From NCBI GenBank assembly GCA_034439715.1, contig JAWXAY010000019.1, positions 1 through 15,835 of the forward strand: a stretch of 15,835 nt of DNA, read 5' to 3'. The notes below the pieces were generated by a model, which made no database searches, was not told where the DNA came from, and was given only the letters and a program-made list of their open reading frames with translations. The stretch is from Pseudomonadota bacterium. GTDB taxonomy: Bacteria; Bdellovibrionota; Bdellovibrionia; Bdellovibrionales; SG-bin7. A program made the translations under genes and the position numbers. Of this stretch, positions 15,501-15,835 are shown one piece after another (the stretch's first letter is position 1; each line of letters opens with the position of its first letter).

Positions 15501-15734
15501 TTAATTCCCTGGATGAGTTGTGCGACTTCGACGGATCAAGTAGATCGCAAGGGCGCCAAATGCAGCGATGACGCTAACTATTAGCAGGCCTCCTAAAATC
15601 ATCCCGCCCCATCCCATTACGCCACACATCGGACACGACATTTTGCCCCCCGCCATTTCTTCAGCATAAACCTGGTGTGTGGAAAGCAGCATGGTCGCAA
15701 AGGTTACGTTGAACAGATACATTATACGGGGCAT
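15501..15734 (-). CDS. Small membrane protein with CPMC motif and Met/Gly-rich segment
   Basis: Signal-like N-terminus ending VYA, MSCPMCGVMGWGGM, C-terminal TM ending YLIRRS; start uncertain (no SD). Confidence 0.7.
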   Translation of the reverse strand: MPRIMYLFNVTFATMLLSTHQVYAEEMAGGKMSCPMCGVMGWGGMILGGLLIVSVIAAFGALAIYLIRRSRTTHPGN

Positions 15735-15770
15735 GAGTAACCAAGTCGTAGAGGCGGTTCTAGCTTCCGC

Positions 15771-15833
15771 TTAAAACATCGCATAAAATCCGCCTTCGAC
15801 AGAGGTGGTTATGAGTGATCTTGAATTGATCAA
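15771..15833 (-). CDS. Possible 3' end of a gene entering from beyond the window (…TTSVEGGFYAMF*)
   Basis: Frame open to the window edge; ends in Phe with alternating hydrophobic residues like an outer-membrane beta-signal; only 20 codons visible. Confidence 0.3.
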   Translation of the reverse strand: MINSRSLITTSVEGGFYAMF

Positions 15834-15835
15834 AA

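Overview
Bacterial genomic DNA, AT-rich by eye; a Bdellovibrionota-like origin is an inference from the lipoprotein and TolC-like gene content. There are four blocks. (1) 50-2216: three unrelated + strand singletons: a stand-alone STN-like secreted protein, an alpha/beta hydrolase and a TPR-like lipoprotein. (2) 2771-5389: a sulfur-detoxification operon with a CstB-like persulfide dioxygenase-rhodanese fusion and two YeeE/YedE proteins, preceded by an unannotated 29-codon ORF with a strong SD. (3) 13364 down to 5440 (- strand): a long heavy-metal efflux operon comprising a His-rich leader ending in RPP, a CzcA/CusA-family RND pump, a small periplasmic His-motif protein, a TolC, a lipoprotein, an atypical TolC-like lipoprotein and a small secreted protein. 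No membrane-fusion adaptor gene is recognisable in it. (4) A divergent ChrB_C/ChrF-like gene, then a convergent copper-related cluster (Csp3-like storage protein, MauE/DoxX protein, two paralogous Met/Gly-rich small membrane proteins). A modular, hairpin-rich intergenic repeat occurs three times, each time just 3' of a + strand gene. No rRNA, tRNA, CRISPR array, integrase or transposase was recognised.
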